From Octopus vulgaris (taxonomy: Eukaryota): a stretch of 64,000 bases of DNA. Positions 12,648-25,989 of the stretch are shown piece after piece. The notes beneath the pieces were generated by a model. It did no database searches, had not been told where the DNA came from, and was given only the letters and a program-made list of their open reading frames with translations. Numbering within the stretch: position 1 is the stretch's first letter; each line of letters starts with the position of its first letter. Where the stretch lies: the NCBI GenBank assembly GCA_951406725.2, contig OX597829.1:12462001-12526000 (forward strand), written 5' to 3'. Made by a program: the position numbers and the translations under genes.

Positions 12648-14157
12648 ATAATACTAAAGAAAAACGCCTTAATTCTGAAGAATATTGAACCTTCCTTTTT
12701 CTAGGTTCTTCTAAAAGAACAAAAGAAAGAAAAGAGCAAACAAACTACAGCAGAAATTATGAGTTCTATTACAAGAATGATTAAAATGTCCAGCAGTCGT
12801 TTTATATTGTTAAACATTTTTAAAATTAATAAAATTGCTAAATCTTTTAAACCTTTTTAAACATTCATAATGTATCGCTGACAATTATAAACACGTGCTA
12901 CAATGCTAATTTTGTTATTAATTATAGTAATTATAGAGATTATAACATTTAATATAATTTGTTCAGGATGTTTATTGACACCTAAATATACTAAATGATC
13001 GTACAGAATGATAAAATTTCTAATTCATTTTTAATTAGCTATTATTGTTAATTTGCATGTGTAAGAAATACTCCACTCAGCTGGCAAAATGAGTTGTACC
13101 TGAAATTTCAAAGGGAGGCCAGCCTTGTCACATTCTGTGTCATGTTGAATCTTCCTGAGAATTTCGTTAAGGATACGCGAGTCTGTGAAGTGCTCTGTCA
13201 CTTGTACGTTAATTCCTTAAGCAGGCAATTCCACTGATTGGATCATCTGAAACACTCGTCATCGTAACCGATGGAGTGCCAGTTATGCACTCAATATAAG
13301 AGTGCCAGTAAGAAATAGCTAGAAGGGCAAGTGCTAGATAATTTTTTTGTGGTTTTTCAAGACCTAATCAAGCAAACCTATGATCAAAGACAATCCATCT
13401 ATGAGCATACCTTCATTGTTTTTGTATCATGTACTATCTTATCCGACATCTCCTTCCTATGTGTTATTTCAAAATTTGGGTTGCTATTTCTAGCATATCA
13501 AGAAAGTTAATCCGTCGCTCGGGTCAATGCTACACTCTAATACTTGAATGAGGTTACCGGAGTACTATGCACTGCAAACATCTGGTCCAAGCCATCCCAC
13601 ATACTTCGGGACCTGTAAAAAAGCAAAAGTACTATTTTGTCCCGCTAATGATAAAAATATTCCTTGAAGGATGGTCTGCTCCATCAAATCAGTCTTGAGG
13701 CTAAAAACTGAAAGGTAACAAAATTTATTGGCATATATAATCGCTCGACATTGTCTAGAAATAATTTTAAAAATCTCCCACAAAATCTCCCCTAAAGGGA
13801 CTTATAATGTAACACTCATCGGTAAAATTTCCACTTATTTCTTATTTTTATTTTCCTAAAATTTTCGTTGCGTCTTGCAACCTTTTCAATAGTCTTCACT
13901 CTGTCCGTTATTTACACTGCGTTCCGTTTTGTTTCTGCGCATGTGTGTGGTCAGTGTGTGTGTGTGTGCCTATGCATGCATGTACGTATGTATGTGTGTA
14001 TGTATGTATGCATGTGTATGTATGTATATATGTGTGTGTGTGCATATGTATGTATGTATCTTGTATATTCATGTGCTTGCATGTCCGTGTTTGTGTATTT
14101 TCTATATATGTGGGTGTGAGCGTGTGTTTGTATATGTATGCACCTCTGTCTCCTTGT

Positions 14158-14164
14158 GTGTGCA

Positions 14165-14200
<36 letters not shown>

Positions 14201-15662
14201 GAAACTATGTACCATGTTTGTATGTATGGATGGATGGGCATCTCTATATGTGTAGTTCTGTATCTCCATATGTGTCCTTGTGTGAAGTAGAGTGTGTGTG
14301 ATCATGTGTGTCAGTCTCCATTTACGTATGTGTGCTTGTATGTTCTTACAACCTATGTACCTATCCGTCTGTATGTTGATCTGTTTATTTTCTAACTTTG
14401 GTTAGAGACTGTGAACAATAGAGTGCAGCACCTCCACTCTTATTATATGAAACCCATAACTTCAAAATATGTTGTTCACAAGAACTCAGCTTTGTCACAC
14501 AACATGAAAATTAACATACTGATAGTAGACTTAGTTAGAATAATGAACAATGTGTCCCCACTATGCGAACCCTATGAAATGAAGAAACATATACAGAACT
14601 TCATGCACCGCATGCAGTTCTCTGGATATGATCAGAAAGATAGGGTTCGAGTATACAGCGGGGCTAGAAAGAAATTAGACAACATTATACGTAATGATAC
14701 CAGTGGTGCCTGCCCTAGATAGAGAAACAAAGAATGGAATAGAATACAAAGAACTTGTGACAAATCAAACAGGGCGAACACGTGGTAGAAAACCGACAAA
14801 TATCAAGGAGTGATGTTTGTAGAGACCACAGCCCATGAAGAACTAGCCCACAGATTTAGAAAAGCTCTGAAGGAGACCAAACTCAACATTAAAATTGTTG
14901 AAAAGCCAGGAAACTCCGTCAGATCACAACTATGTAGGACACACCCGTTTAAGAATACCATATACACCAATGATAACTGCATGGTATGTAGAATTAGCCC
15001 TGGTATTAAGTGTAGAACTCAAAATGTAGTTTACAGCATAAGATGCATAGAATGTGCTTGTAAGGACATAAACATGATGTACATAGGGGAGACGTATAGG
15101 AGCATTGCGGAACGGATAAATGAACATCTAAGACAATATGACGACAGAAAACAGTCCTCCATACTCTACCAACATGCCAAAGACCACCATGGAGGTAACT
15201 TGGGTCAACTTGACATCCGCATCTTATCCAAGCACCCAAAAGACCCAACACTCAGACAAATGCGGGAGTACGTCCTTATAAATAAAACATCCCCAATATT
15301 AAATAGGAAATATACACAGTAAATACCATACCTCCATACCCACAGTTTACACAGGTAGAGTAGAATAGTTAGTGGACTGTTATATAGATAGATTTATGTA
15401 TGTGTGTGTGTATGCACATGTATTTTTTTGTATGTAAGCATATGGATATGAAAATAAACAGATCAACATACAGACGGATAGGTACATAGGTAATACGAAC
15501 AAACAAGCACACTTAGGCAAATGGACACTGATACACATGTCTATATATATACACACACTTTACTCCACACAAGGACACATATGGAGACACGGATCCACAC
15601 ATCCATACATACAAACATGGTGCATAGTTGCATAACACACACACACACAGACATGCACACAC
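14158..15662 (+). mobile_element. Penelope-like element (RT thumb and CCHH GIY-YIG) flanked by ~230-bp inverted repeats
   Basis: ORF 14411-14722 (YMKP..SALS..K..RMQFSGY) and ORF 14810-15322 (CMVC..NVVYSIRCIEC..YIGET..RINEH). 14158-14390 is the reverse complement of 15450-15662. Confidence 0.88.
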
Positions 15663-16284
15663 AGATTCGGCTCACTGAGCAACGGTTGATAAACAAAGTA
15701 GAAGTTGAAAGACAAGAATAAAAGCGATGCTGGGAATAGTATTTCATCCCAAGTTAATTCCAAGACGTCAGTGATCAGCCGTCAATCAGCTATCAATGAT
15801 CAAAGATGTTCCAGCCGTCACCATTCTGTCTTTTTTCTTCAACTGTTATATCTAGGTATTCTAGATTTTTCTCAGCAATTTCGGCTGGTTACACTCGTAA
15901 CTGCTCCAATCTGGCCGGCCCCGCGAAAATCTAAGCTATGAGCACTAGATTCCTTAGAAGAAAGCAAGCGAATGTATACGAAAACATGGACACATATATA
16001 TAGTTACAACATGGCCTGGTTTTCACGTTTTTTAGAAACTTTATTCAACTGATATATTATTCTATATACATTTACACGAATTCGGAAATATATATAAAAT
16101 AACAATTTTAAAGGGGTGGCTTATAATTAATTAGAGCCTAAATGCAAAATTAATGGAGGTCACAAAATTGACAGAGGGTGCTAACTAGCTCGCATTTACT
16201 AATGATAAAAGTTAAACTAACCCAAAGTCACAAATGCACTGTCTTAAATGACTGACAAAGGAAAATAAGTCTGTAGCGTACATT

Positions 16285-16338
16285 GCCAGATCGCGATTTC
16301 GGATTTTTATGTAGATCATCTTAATCCTCATCAGCGGC
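16285..16338 (-). ncRNA. Type I hammerhead ribozyme, intact core
   Basis: Minus strand: gccg-CTGATGA-ggatt..aatcc-GAAA-tcgcga-TC-tggc. AUC triplet; palindromic stem III. Confidence 0.9.
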
Positions 16339-16620
16339 TCTTAACGGCCAGAGTATAACTCAACTACCTCTGTAAGTTTTATAAGAAAAACTGTTGGAAA
16401 TGTTTGCTGATTTCTGAAATGATAAAAGTGTAAACGACAAATTAAAAAGGGTGGCTAATGAACAATTAGGACCTAAAGGCAAAGTTAATAGAGGTCACAA
16501 AAGTGACAGAGGGTACTAACTAGTATTGCTTTTGTTAAAAATAAGAGTTGAACTAACTCAATGTCACAAAGGCACTGTCTTAAATGACTGACAAAGGGAG
16601 GTAAGTCTCTTGCGTACATA

Positions 16621-16674
16621 GCCGGATCGTGATTTCGGATTTTCATGTAGACCATCTTAATTCTCATCAACGGC
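16621..16674 (-). ncRNA. Type I hammerhead ribozyme, second copy (C3U change)
   Basis: Minus strand: gccg-TTGATGA-gaatt..aatcc-GAAA-tcacga-TC-cggc. Stem I extends via a-t and gcgt/acgc beyond an internal loop. Confidence 0.75.
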
Positions 16675-16997
16675 TCTTAACGCCCAGGGTTAAACTCAAT
16701 GACCTATAAGAAAAACTGTTCAAAACGTGTGCTAATTTTCAAAACGGTAAAAGTGTAAACAACAAATTAAAATGGGTCACTTATTTGCAATATATATATG
16801 TTTGTCTGTTTCTCTACGCGTGCGCATGTATGTGCGTGGCTGTAATGTAAGAAGTTTAGTTCCCAAACACATGGCTCCAGGTTCAGGCACTCCGCGTTAC
16901 AGCCTGGGCCGACCCAAGCATTGTGGGCGGATTTCGTAGACGGACAGTGAAAAGTAGACCGTCGTATATATATACACACACACACACACACATATAT

Positions 16998-17390
16998 AGG
17001 AGTGGCTGTGTGGTAAGTAGCTTGCTAACCAACCACATGGTTCCGGGTTCAGTCCCACTGCGTGGCATCTTGGGCAAGTGTCTTCTGCTATAGCCCCGGG
17101 CCGACCAATGCCTTGTGAGTGGATTTGGTAGACGGAAACTGGAAGAAGCCTGTCGTATATGTATATATATATGTATATGTATGTGTGTGTGTGTTTGTGT
17201 GTCTGTGTTTGCCCCCCTAGCATTGCTTGACAACCGATGCTGGTGTGTTTACGTCCCCGTCACTTAGCGGTTCGGCAAAAGAGACCGATAGAATAAGTAC
17301 TGGGCTTAGAAACAATAAGTCCCGGGGTCGATTTGCTCGACTAAAGGCGGTGCTCCAGCATGGCCGCAGTCAAATGACTGAAACAAGTAA
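16998..17390 (+). mobile_element. tRNA-derived CORE-like SINE family 1, near full length (extra head ~16830-16965, extra tail ~17420-17610)
   Basis: A box GTGGCTGTGTGGTAAG, B box GGGTTCAGTCCC, cttgggcaagtg core, internal (TA/TG)n, conserved tail. Many copies in the window. Confidence 0.9.
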
Positions 17391-17778
17391 AAAAAAAAAA
17401 AGAGATGTATATATTTGTGTTTCTCTCCCACACTGCCTGACAACCGGTGTTAGTGTGTTTACGTAGAGTAACTTAGCGGTTTGGTTGAAGTAACCAATAA
17501 GATAGGTATCAAGCTTTAGAAAAATGAGTACTGAGATTCATTCGATTAAAAAAGTTTTGAAGGCAATGCTTCTGTATGGCTGTAGTCTCATGACTGAAAC
17601 AAGTAAAACATAAATATGACTCTTTTCTTTAGTTTTGAATTGAAAGAAATTCTTATTGTATAACTTTCTTGCTGTCCCCTCTTTGTACTTTTTTGATTTT
17701 GGTGACGGTGTAGAGTGCACTACGCATATTAGTTTCAAATTTTAGGACAGAAGTACTGCTACTACTAATAATAACGAT

Positions 17779-17990
17779 TTTAAATTTTGGCACAAGATCA
17801 GCAATTTCACTGGTGGGAGTAAATCGATTACATCGACCCCAGTGTCCAACTGGCACTTATTTTGTCGACCCCTAAAAGATGAAAGATAAAGTCGACCTTG
17901 GCGGAATTTGAACTCAGAATGTAGAGACGTAAGAAATGCCGCTAAGCATTTTGGCCAGCGCGGTTACGATTCTACCAGCTCGCCGCTTTG
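17779..17990 (-). mobile_element. tRNA-derived SINE family 2
   Basis: Minus strand: ggcgagctggtagaatcgt...ctgagttcaaattccgcc.aggtcgacttt...cactggggtcgatgtaatcga...gtgccaaaattt. Confidence 0.85.
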
Positions 17991-19187
17991 AAGTGCCCTG
18001 TACATATTAATGGATTAAATGCTAGTGTATAACTTTAAGGAGCACTAGCTGGTTTTTAACAAGCTGAGAAACTGCTTTGAGATATACTTGATTGAAAAAC
18101 ACTATCTATTGAAATCGTCTCAGTCGTTTTCGTGTATTAACTAAACCATTGAAATGTAAACAGATTTAACATTGCCAATACAATTGTTATGGCTTCTTCG
18201 GGATTAGGTTTTGTGGCAGTAGAATAATATTAAACGTAAGAAATATTCTTCAAGAAGAGATTGAATTGTAGTTTACTGACTTTTGAAAATATATGCATAT
18301 TAAAAAACAACGATAAAAGCATTCCCATTTGATAGGAAATTATTGTTTAGCATAATCTCAGCTGTCACTATTTAAAAGCGTCCCAGACTTGACAATACAG
18401 TCATTTTTCTTTGGAAGTAACGTCTAGAATTGCGCTGTGCTGTGTCTGCTTCCATTTCGTATACATTGGTTTTTGCCCAAACCTACAACTGTCTTCTTTT
18501 CCTTAAAAATTTGAATAGTCTTTAGAATAGTTTAGTTGTTGGATCGTTTCATGCTGCTACGATCTAAAATACTTAATTTCAAAATGATTCACTATTATTA
18601 CAGCAACATATGTACCAGCCTGTGTATTTGCGTAGTGAAATCATTCTTTCGTCATTAAAATGAACTCTATTTTTAGCTGAGACAGAATGAGACAGACACA
18701 TGTTTGGAATTATTTACTCTAATGGCTGAAATTTGAAAATAATAAAATAATTCTTTTTAAACATTGGTACAAAGCCACATATTTTAATTTAATCAACTCC
18801 AATAACTTAATTACAATTTATTTTATTGAACCCATTATATTGGATGGAAAAATTGACCTTGAGAGTTTCAAGACTATAATCAAAATCTCCGATGTTCTAC
18901 CGATTTTTCCAATCAAACTTAAGCAATTACGCGAAGAAGACATACGGTAAAATATCTAAGGAAAAAAGACGTCATGGTCACAGCTGGAACATCTTTCATC
19001 ACTGACGGCTGACAAAGTTCTTGTAACTAACTTGGAATCTAATCCTGTTTCTATTCTTGCTTTTCAACATGCACCCTTATTTGTTTATCTTATCTGCAAT
19101 AACCCATCACAAGAACTCTAATATTGATCTGCTGGAGGTAGCAGCTAAATCTAACTCATCAAAATACAGCGTGGAAGTAAAAATAAA

Positions 19188-19587
19188 CGGTATTAATACT
19201 GTTTTCTTCTCATCGAAGACCTGGTACTAAGAAGCAATATTCATCCCCACTTAAACGTGGACGTTCTATTAGAACAAACTATACTAGCATTGTCAATCTA
19301 CATGTTGGAGGGGAACTCAATCACTACCTTCTCTAGCGGCAGAGTGGCCATTATTGACAAGGCCAAACAAGGTCGAAATCATATGGTTTGGTTGTCTCGG
19401 TGCTGGAGACGGTGAGGATTTATCTCCCCACTAGCGATATAAAAAAAACGCTGCTTTCTTTTTAACCAAAAACCCAATATAAGAGTTTCTCTCATGGTAA
19501 CTACAGCAATATAGTTTCTTCTGAAAAAATCACCTATATTTAAGTGGGCATAAACATAACCTCACGATATTAGTACTGCCTCTGTCA
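19188..19587. mobile_element. Fold-back MITE family, internally deleted copy
   Basis: aatattcatccccacttaaacgtggacgttctattagaacaaactatact, then the right arm as in 27540-27788. Ends tagtactgcctctg, the reverse complement of the cagaggcagta terminus at 27174. Confidence 0.7.
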
Positions 19588-19610
19588 AGAGATAATAATA
19601 ATAATAATAA

Positions 19611-20127
19611 CTGATCTTAACTGATCGGAAGTGTTATCATGTACATTGTTTTGTCTTGGTATAAAAGATGGGCTACAGCAAATATTCTGCTCAATACCAC
19701 AGATTTGCTTGTCAGTTGTTTGACCTTAACCAGTTGAGCATGTCCCGTAGTGGCTGACGATATGTGCATCTCTGATCACGAGCAGAAGTAGTGGGGGAGC
19801 ATTATAGCCATGTGTTGAGAGGGATTCTTTGGGGTTTGAATAATTCACCTCTGGAAACATGGGTGGTTCTTTCAACATACTTAAACAACCCTTATTCAGG
19901 GACCTTTTGAGCGGGATGGGCTACTCAACCTGAAGAAAATTCTACCTGGGCCCCACCTGCAAGGTCATGCGCTGTTTATCTTGATATGAGATCACCATGT
20001 CGCGCACATATGGTTGTGATGCATGTGCCTGGTGTACCCTTATCAGACGGTTAGTCATGATGGGTATATTGGGCTTCGTATATTTTACCCCAGTGTCACT
20101 TTGATGGCATGAACTGCTCTCTCACTC
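19611..20127 (+). mobile_element. (AAT)n-targeted ~550-nt non-coding retroposon, copy 1 (slightly 5'-truncated)
   Basis: Highly similar to 62300-62853. Flanked by (AAT)n on both sides; ends ctctcactc|aataat. Confidence 0.9.
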
Positions 20128-20191
<64 letters not shown>

Positions 20192-21665
20192 GGCCCAACT
20201 TTTGGCTCAATTCCAGAAATATCGGGTGAGCACTCAATTGGTGGTTGATTTCATCGCTAAAATATTGTTGTTGTTATTATCATTTGTAGTAGTAGTATTA
20301 GTAGTAGTAGTAGTAGTAGTAGTAGTAACAGCAGCAGTAGTAATAGTATTATTATTGTTTTTATTAGTGGTGGTACTGGTGGTGGCAGTAGTAGTTGGGG
20401 TGGTGATATTGGTGGTGGTGATAGTAGTAGTAGTAGTGTTTGATACTAAAGAGGTGTGCTTCCTTTGTCGTTGTTGCTTATGTTGCTAAGTGTTTATTTA
20501 GATGCTAATGCAGACAACATGCACACACACACATAAACACACATGTGCACACACATACACACACGATACACACACACATACAGATGCTTGCACGCACGTA
20601 GACAAACAATGCACATATATACATGCACAAATATATACAGATGAACACACATAAATGTACGAAATATGCATTCTGTATATATATACACACACACACACAC
20701 ACAAATTCACTCCAGCACAGAATCATAGACAAATATGTGCAGAAAATCGAACAGACACATACATATATTCTCGCACAAAAACAAAAACGCAAGCACAAAT
20801 ACATAAATACACACACACATGGAAACTCGCATTCGTACGCATACACAGTAACACACACACAGATGCAAACACACACACACACAGACACGCATACACACAT
20901 GAAATTTTCTCCTGCATAGAATCATACGCAATTACGCGCAGAAGAATCAAGGATGTACAAACATGCACACGCACATTGACTCACATAAACACAAGCATAC
21001 GTTAACACCCTCCCACTCACACAAACGAATACTTACTTCCCTACGCATACATAATAGCATACACATACACACACACACTAACAGAGAACACACACATAAA
21101 AATGCATAAAGAAATTCACACCTGCACAGAATTGTAGACGAATTCGCGCAGAAGAATCAAGCAGATACACGCACACACATGCGCATTCACATATACAGAC
21201 GCAAACACGCATATATAAACACACAGACTTGCGAAAGCTCACGTTCGTGCGCATACACAGTAACACATACACCAAATTTACTCTAGCACAGAATCATACA
21301 CACGCATACTCACATACACATACACAAAAGTACATACGAAAGTTCACACTCGTACACATGCATAGTAACACACTAATACGCACTCATACATACACGTGAA
21401 CACATACACACACACTGATACACGCACATACATACACACAACACACACACACGCATACACACACATACACACACACACACACACACAAGCCTGATATTGC
21501 TTTCCCCTTTCTGCTCTTGTCTTCGTACAATTGCAACCGTTACCGGAAGTAAACATTATTGCTCGAGTGAAGCCTAACTGTTAAAAGTAAACAGAATATT
21601 TCGATACTTTCAACGAGCGCCAGGATTTGACAAAAATCAGACATTTTGTTTGTTAACAAACAAAT

Positions 21666-21698
21666 AGTAGTAGTAGTAGTAGTAGTAGTAGCAGTAGC

Positions 21699-21745
<47 letters not shown>

Positions 21746-22001
21746 CATTATGAAGAATAGTAGCAGCTGCGGCGGTAATAGTAGTAGTTTTATGTTACAG
21801 TAGGAAATTGGCAGTACTCATTTTTTTTCGCTTTTTTTTTTCGAAACCAACAATATAAAATCCCCAACCGGAAATAAACGTACGCAGTTGAGTACAATAC
21901 TGTAAAAACAAAGAAAAAGTGAGAAAAGAAACAGTAGAAATATAAAGGAAATTAACAACACTAAGCAACAACAATAGTAGTAGTAGCAATAGTAGTAGTA
22001 T

Positions 22002-22054
<53 letters not shown>

Positions 22055-22266
22055 ATGGTAGTAGTGGTTGTGGTTGTTATTGTAGCATTATCAAGAGCAG
22101 CAGCAGTAATAGTTGTACTAGTATTATCAGAGGCAACAGCACCAGTAGCTGCAGTAGTAGTAGTAGCAGCAGCAGTAGTAGTAGTACTAGTAGCAGCAGC
22201 AGCAGTAGTAGTAGTACTAGTAGCAGCAGCAGCAGCAGTAGCAGCAGCAGCAGCAGTAGCAGCAGC

Positions 22267-22323
<57 letters not shown>

Positions 22324-22335
22324 TGTAGTAGTAGC
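21666..22335. repeat. (TAG)n/(CAG)n microsatellites
   Basis: Long agt/agc tandem tracts at ~21666-21745 and ~21975-22335. Confidence 0.95.
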
Positions 22336-22554
22336 CTAGTCGCAGTTCGGTAGTGATAGAGGAGACCTATTATGACAGATACTCTGACCGTAATTATTTT
22401 GTCTTTCTTACATTTGCAATAGTATAAACCGGATTGCTTCATCTAATGTAGCTTGCATCATGCGCTAATATGATGCGATGTGATTTGACTGCGATTTGAT
22501 TTTCTAAGATTTGCACAAAAATGTGTTACAAAATAACAAACTATACTGCGGTAG

Positions 22555-22866
22555 TTTTGGTGAAAAATGCACTCTTGTTTATATCACTACGAGGAGATAA
22601 ATCCCGCTACCTCCAGCGCCGAAACCAGTAGGTCTCAACGTTATTTGGTCTTGTCAAAGATGGATATTCGACCGCGTGATACAACAACGACTCATCTCTC
22701 TGCCAGCGATATATAGATTGTCAGTCGCAGAATAGGCGCTGCAGCCGCGATTAGCCAGTTAGCTTGTAAATATATGAATATTTATATATATTAGCGATGG
22801 AGGCCGTATTAATACCAAGAGGTAATATTCATCCCCACTTAAACGTTGATGTTCTATTAGAACAAA
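22555..22866. mobile_element. Fold-back MITE family, left-arm fragments
   Basis: ttttggtg.aaaatgcactcttgtttatatcact...tttggtcttgtc, then gaggccgtattaatac..aatattcatccccacttaaac, matching 27174-27500. Confidence 0.7.
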
Positions 22867-23966
22867 GGTTTAAGACATTGTATTTGATGTTCTAGTGATT
22901 CTGTCTTTCCTTTGTTATTATTTCATGATTAATGATTTCTCTTGTATGTTAATAATTCGATGTTTTTAAAACACTCGGGGCTCATCAAATAGTGCGTTCT
23001 GAGTAGAATGGTCTGAAAAGAGGTGAAAAATTACCATTGCAATCATAAGTTAGCCTAACTGATACCTACATAGGCGAGTACAGCAAAAGATAAAAACAAA
23101 TCATCTTCATCACAATCGTCGTCGTCGTCGTCATCATCATCATCATCATCACTGCCACCATCACCACCACTGCCACCATCACCACTAGCACTAGCACCAG
23201 CACCAACACCAGCACCAGCATCACCACCACCACCACTAACACCACCACCACCACCACCATGTAATTGCCAATCAAGTGTGGCGTCCTATACAGGAGAGTG
23301 CTGCTGACGTTCAGAGCCCCATGAAGACATTCTTTTCCAGCTTGCTAACGACACACATTCTGTATCTGATTAGTATTTACGAGGAGAGGTCATCTCTAGC
23401 CTTACGTGATACACACGGACTCGAGTTTCTGGGTTGTTACCCGTCCTCACCGTGTGTTAACTACCAGTTAGTGATGAAAACCCATACCACTCGCAAAATA
23501 CTATATGTTTTTTCCAGCAACAAACTGTCACTAATCTCGAAAAAGGAGAAATAAGCAATATTAAATCTGTGAGCGAGATATAAACAGTGGCAATACGGAA
23601 TCATAACATATAATTGCTTGAAAAACTTAGAGGATGTAAACTCTGTCTTTCTTCAACTTCTCTTTTTCTCTACTCCCAGATGAAGGACTACATACCAAAT
23701 GATGGATATTCTACTCACTGCAAGTTCACTGTACCACTTTCACTCCTCTCTATATTTTTTCAAGCCTTTCCGACGCAGAGCTACACAAGATTCCCTGTAG
23801 TTTGCCTGATTATATATACAGACATACATATATATAAGGGACTTCTTTCTGTTTCCGTCCATCAAATCCACTGATAAGGCTCTGGTCAGCCCTTGTCTAG
23901 AGCGGAAGACACTTGGCTAAGATGTCACATAGAGGAATCGAACCCGGAATCATGTGGCTGGAAAGT

Positions 23967-24000
<34 letters not shown>

Positions 24001-24044
24001 CCTCCTCCTTCTATCTATAAATATATATATATATATACTTACTT

Positions 24045-24260
24045 TTACTTTTACATGTTTCAGTCATTTGACTACGGCCATACTGGAGCACCGCCTTTAG
24101 TCGAGCAAATCGACCCCGGGAATTATTCTTTGTAAGCCCAGTACTTATTCTATCGGTCTCTTTTGCCGAACCGCTAAGTGACGGAGACATAAACACACCA
24201 GAATCGGTTGTCAAGCAATGCTACGGGGACAAACACACACACACACAAACACACACATAT

Positions 24261-24298
<38 letters not shown>

Positions 24299-24460
24299 GA
24301 CAGGCTTCTTTCAGTTTCCGTCAACCAAATCCACTCACAAGGCATTGGTCGGCCCGGGGCTATAGCAGAAGACACTTGGCCAAGATGCCACGCAGTCGGA
24401 CTGAAGCCGGAACCATGTGGCTGGTTAGCAAGCTACTTACCACATAGCCACTCCTGCGCC
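24045..24460 (-). mobile_element. SINE family 1, full length
   Basis: Reverse complement of 16998-17390, starting ggcgcaggagtggct. A degraded head lies at ~23830-23970. Confidence 0.9.
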
Positions 24461-24478
24461 TATATATATATATATAGG

Positions 24479-25826
24479 ATATGAATTAGAGATAAAACCA
24501 CTATTAGGCAACACAAACAGTGATAGATATAAACCAATACATGACTAACAAATAATATAAATATAATTAATATAATATAACATATATATATATATGAAAT
24601 TTAAAATTTAAATTTAAAAATTAAAATTTTTTTTTTATTTTTTAAATTAAAAATTTTTTAAATTTTTTAAATTAAAAGAAAAATTATAAAAGTATAAAAA
24701 GAATGATAAACATAATATAATAAGTAAAAACAACACGTACGTTTCATGGCTATAATTAAATTCGAATTACAATTAAGTCTAAATTCAATTGAAATAAATT
24801 CAAACAAAAATTATCGTCAATCTTCAGGTTAATGATAATAGTTAAATAAATAAGCAATTAGAGTTAAACAATATTTTTTAAGAAATAAATAAAACAATAA
24901 TTTTTCTTATAAAAAAAACTCCAATGGCTAAAAGAGAAACTTAAAACATTAGGATTATGTCATACAACCCATTTATTATGTTAAATATTTATTTTTAAGG
25001 TAAAAAGAATAGATAGAAATATGTATTTATCTATGAAGATATAATATGGCTTTAAAAAAAAAAACATAATAAACTCACGAATATCCTTAACTCAGTTATA
25101 GTCCAATATTTAATTACCAAATAATTTAACAAAATAATCACTATTCATATTTTTAGATTTAAGTTCACATCTAATAATATAAAATATTTTAAAATAATAA
25201 CTAAATTATTATCAACCAATATAGCAATTAAAATCTAAAATTTTCTCTATCAATACATATATAGACATATAATGAAAAATATATAAATTAATTAATCCAT
25301 TATTACTTACATAAATATTAAATATTAATATAATATATTTATGAAATACATTAAAAAATTAAAGATTAAAAATCAAATTATAAACGTATAACCTATCTTA
25401 AAAGAACCGTGTAACTATTTTACGATCTATATATCTCGTTGGCTAAGTAATATCTTACAAATAACGTACAGTTATAATCTAATAATTAAATACATATCAT
25501 CAACCACGAAATAATTATAGAATCAAATTAACAATCAGTAGTTATATAGTATACAATACAACACAATAAAACTTATTAAAATATCTTAAATAGAAAAGGT
25601 TTACTTAGCTTTCAAAAATCGTGTCATTAACTAAAATTTTAAAACGGAAAACGAAATTTTAAAAATAATAAATAAAAAAAATTTTAAATTTGAAAAAATT
25701 AAAGTTTTAAATTTTATATATATTATATATTATATTAATTATATTTATATTATTTGTTAGTCATGTATTGGTTTATGTCTATCACTGTTTGAGTTGCCTA
25801 ATAGTGGTTTTATCTCTAATTCATAT
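24479..25826. mobile_element. Very AT-rich ~1.35-kb element with long terminal inverted repeats and an internal degenerate hammerhead (PLE-derived)
   Basis: 24479-~24590 is a near-perfect reverse complement of ~25715-25826. Minus-strand CTGAAGA...GAAACGTACGT at 24731-24831. Confidence 0.75.
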
Positions 25827-25909
25827 TTTATATATTTATACTGTGAAATTTGATTTAATCCTAAATCTAATTTTTCCCTGTAAGTTTGGAGCCATACTCC
25901 CTAATATTA

Positions 25910-25961
<52 letters not shown>

Positions 25962-25989
25962 AACACATACTTACATACATTCTTTTATT

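Larger units (their letters stand above)
16100..16778 (-). repeat. Two diverged 336-bp tandem units, each with a type I hammerhead ribozyme (retrozyme-like)
   Basis: The units align end to end (aagggtggct...gaggtcacaaaa.tgacagagggt...cactgtcttaaatgactgacaaagg...ataagaaaaactgtt...aaagtgtaaac.acaaattaaaa). HHRs start at 16285 and 16621, giving a period of 336. Confidence 0.9.

Noticed and set aside
16008-16052. Possible decayed hammerhead (ttgaataa...gaaaccaggcc, minus strand)
   Set aside because: Too many core mismatches to support.
21500-21660. Possible promoter or first exon (ccggaagt ETS-like motif); similar unique islands at ~12240-12360, 39590-39790 and 58900-59420
   Set aside because: Single short motifs, with no signal-peptide exon and donor site that I could support.
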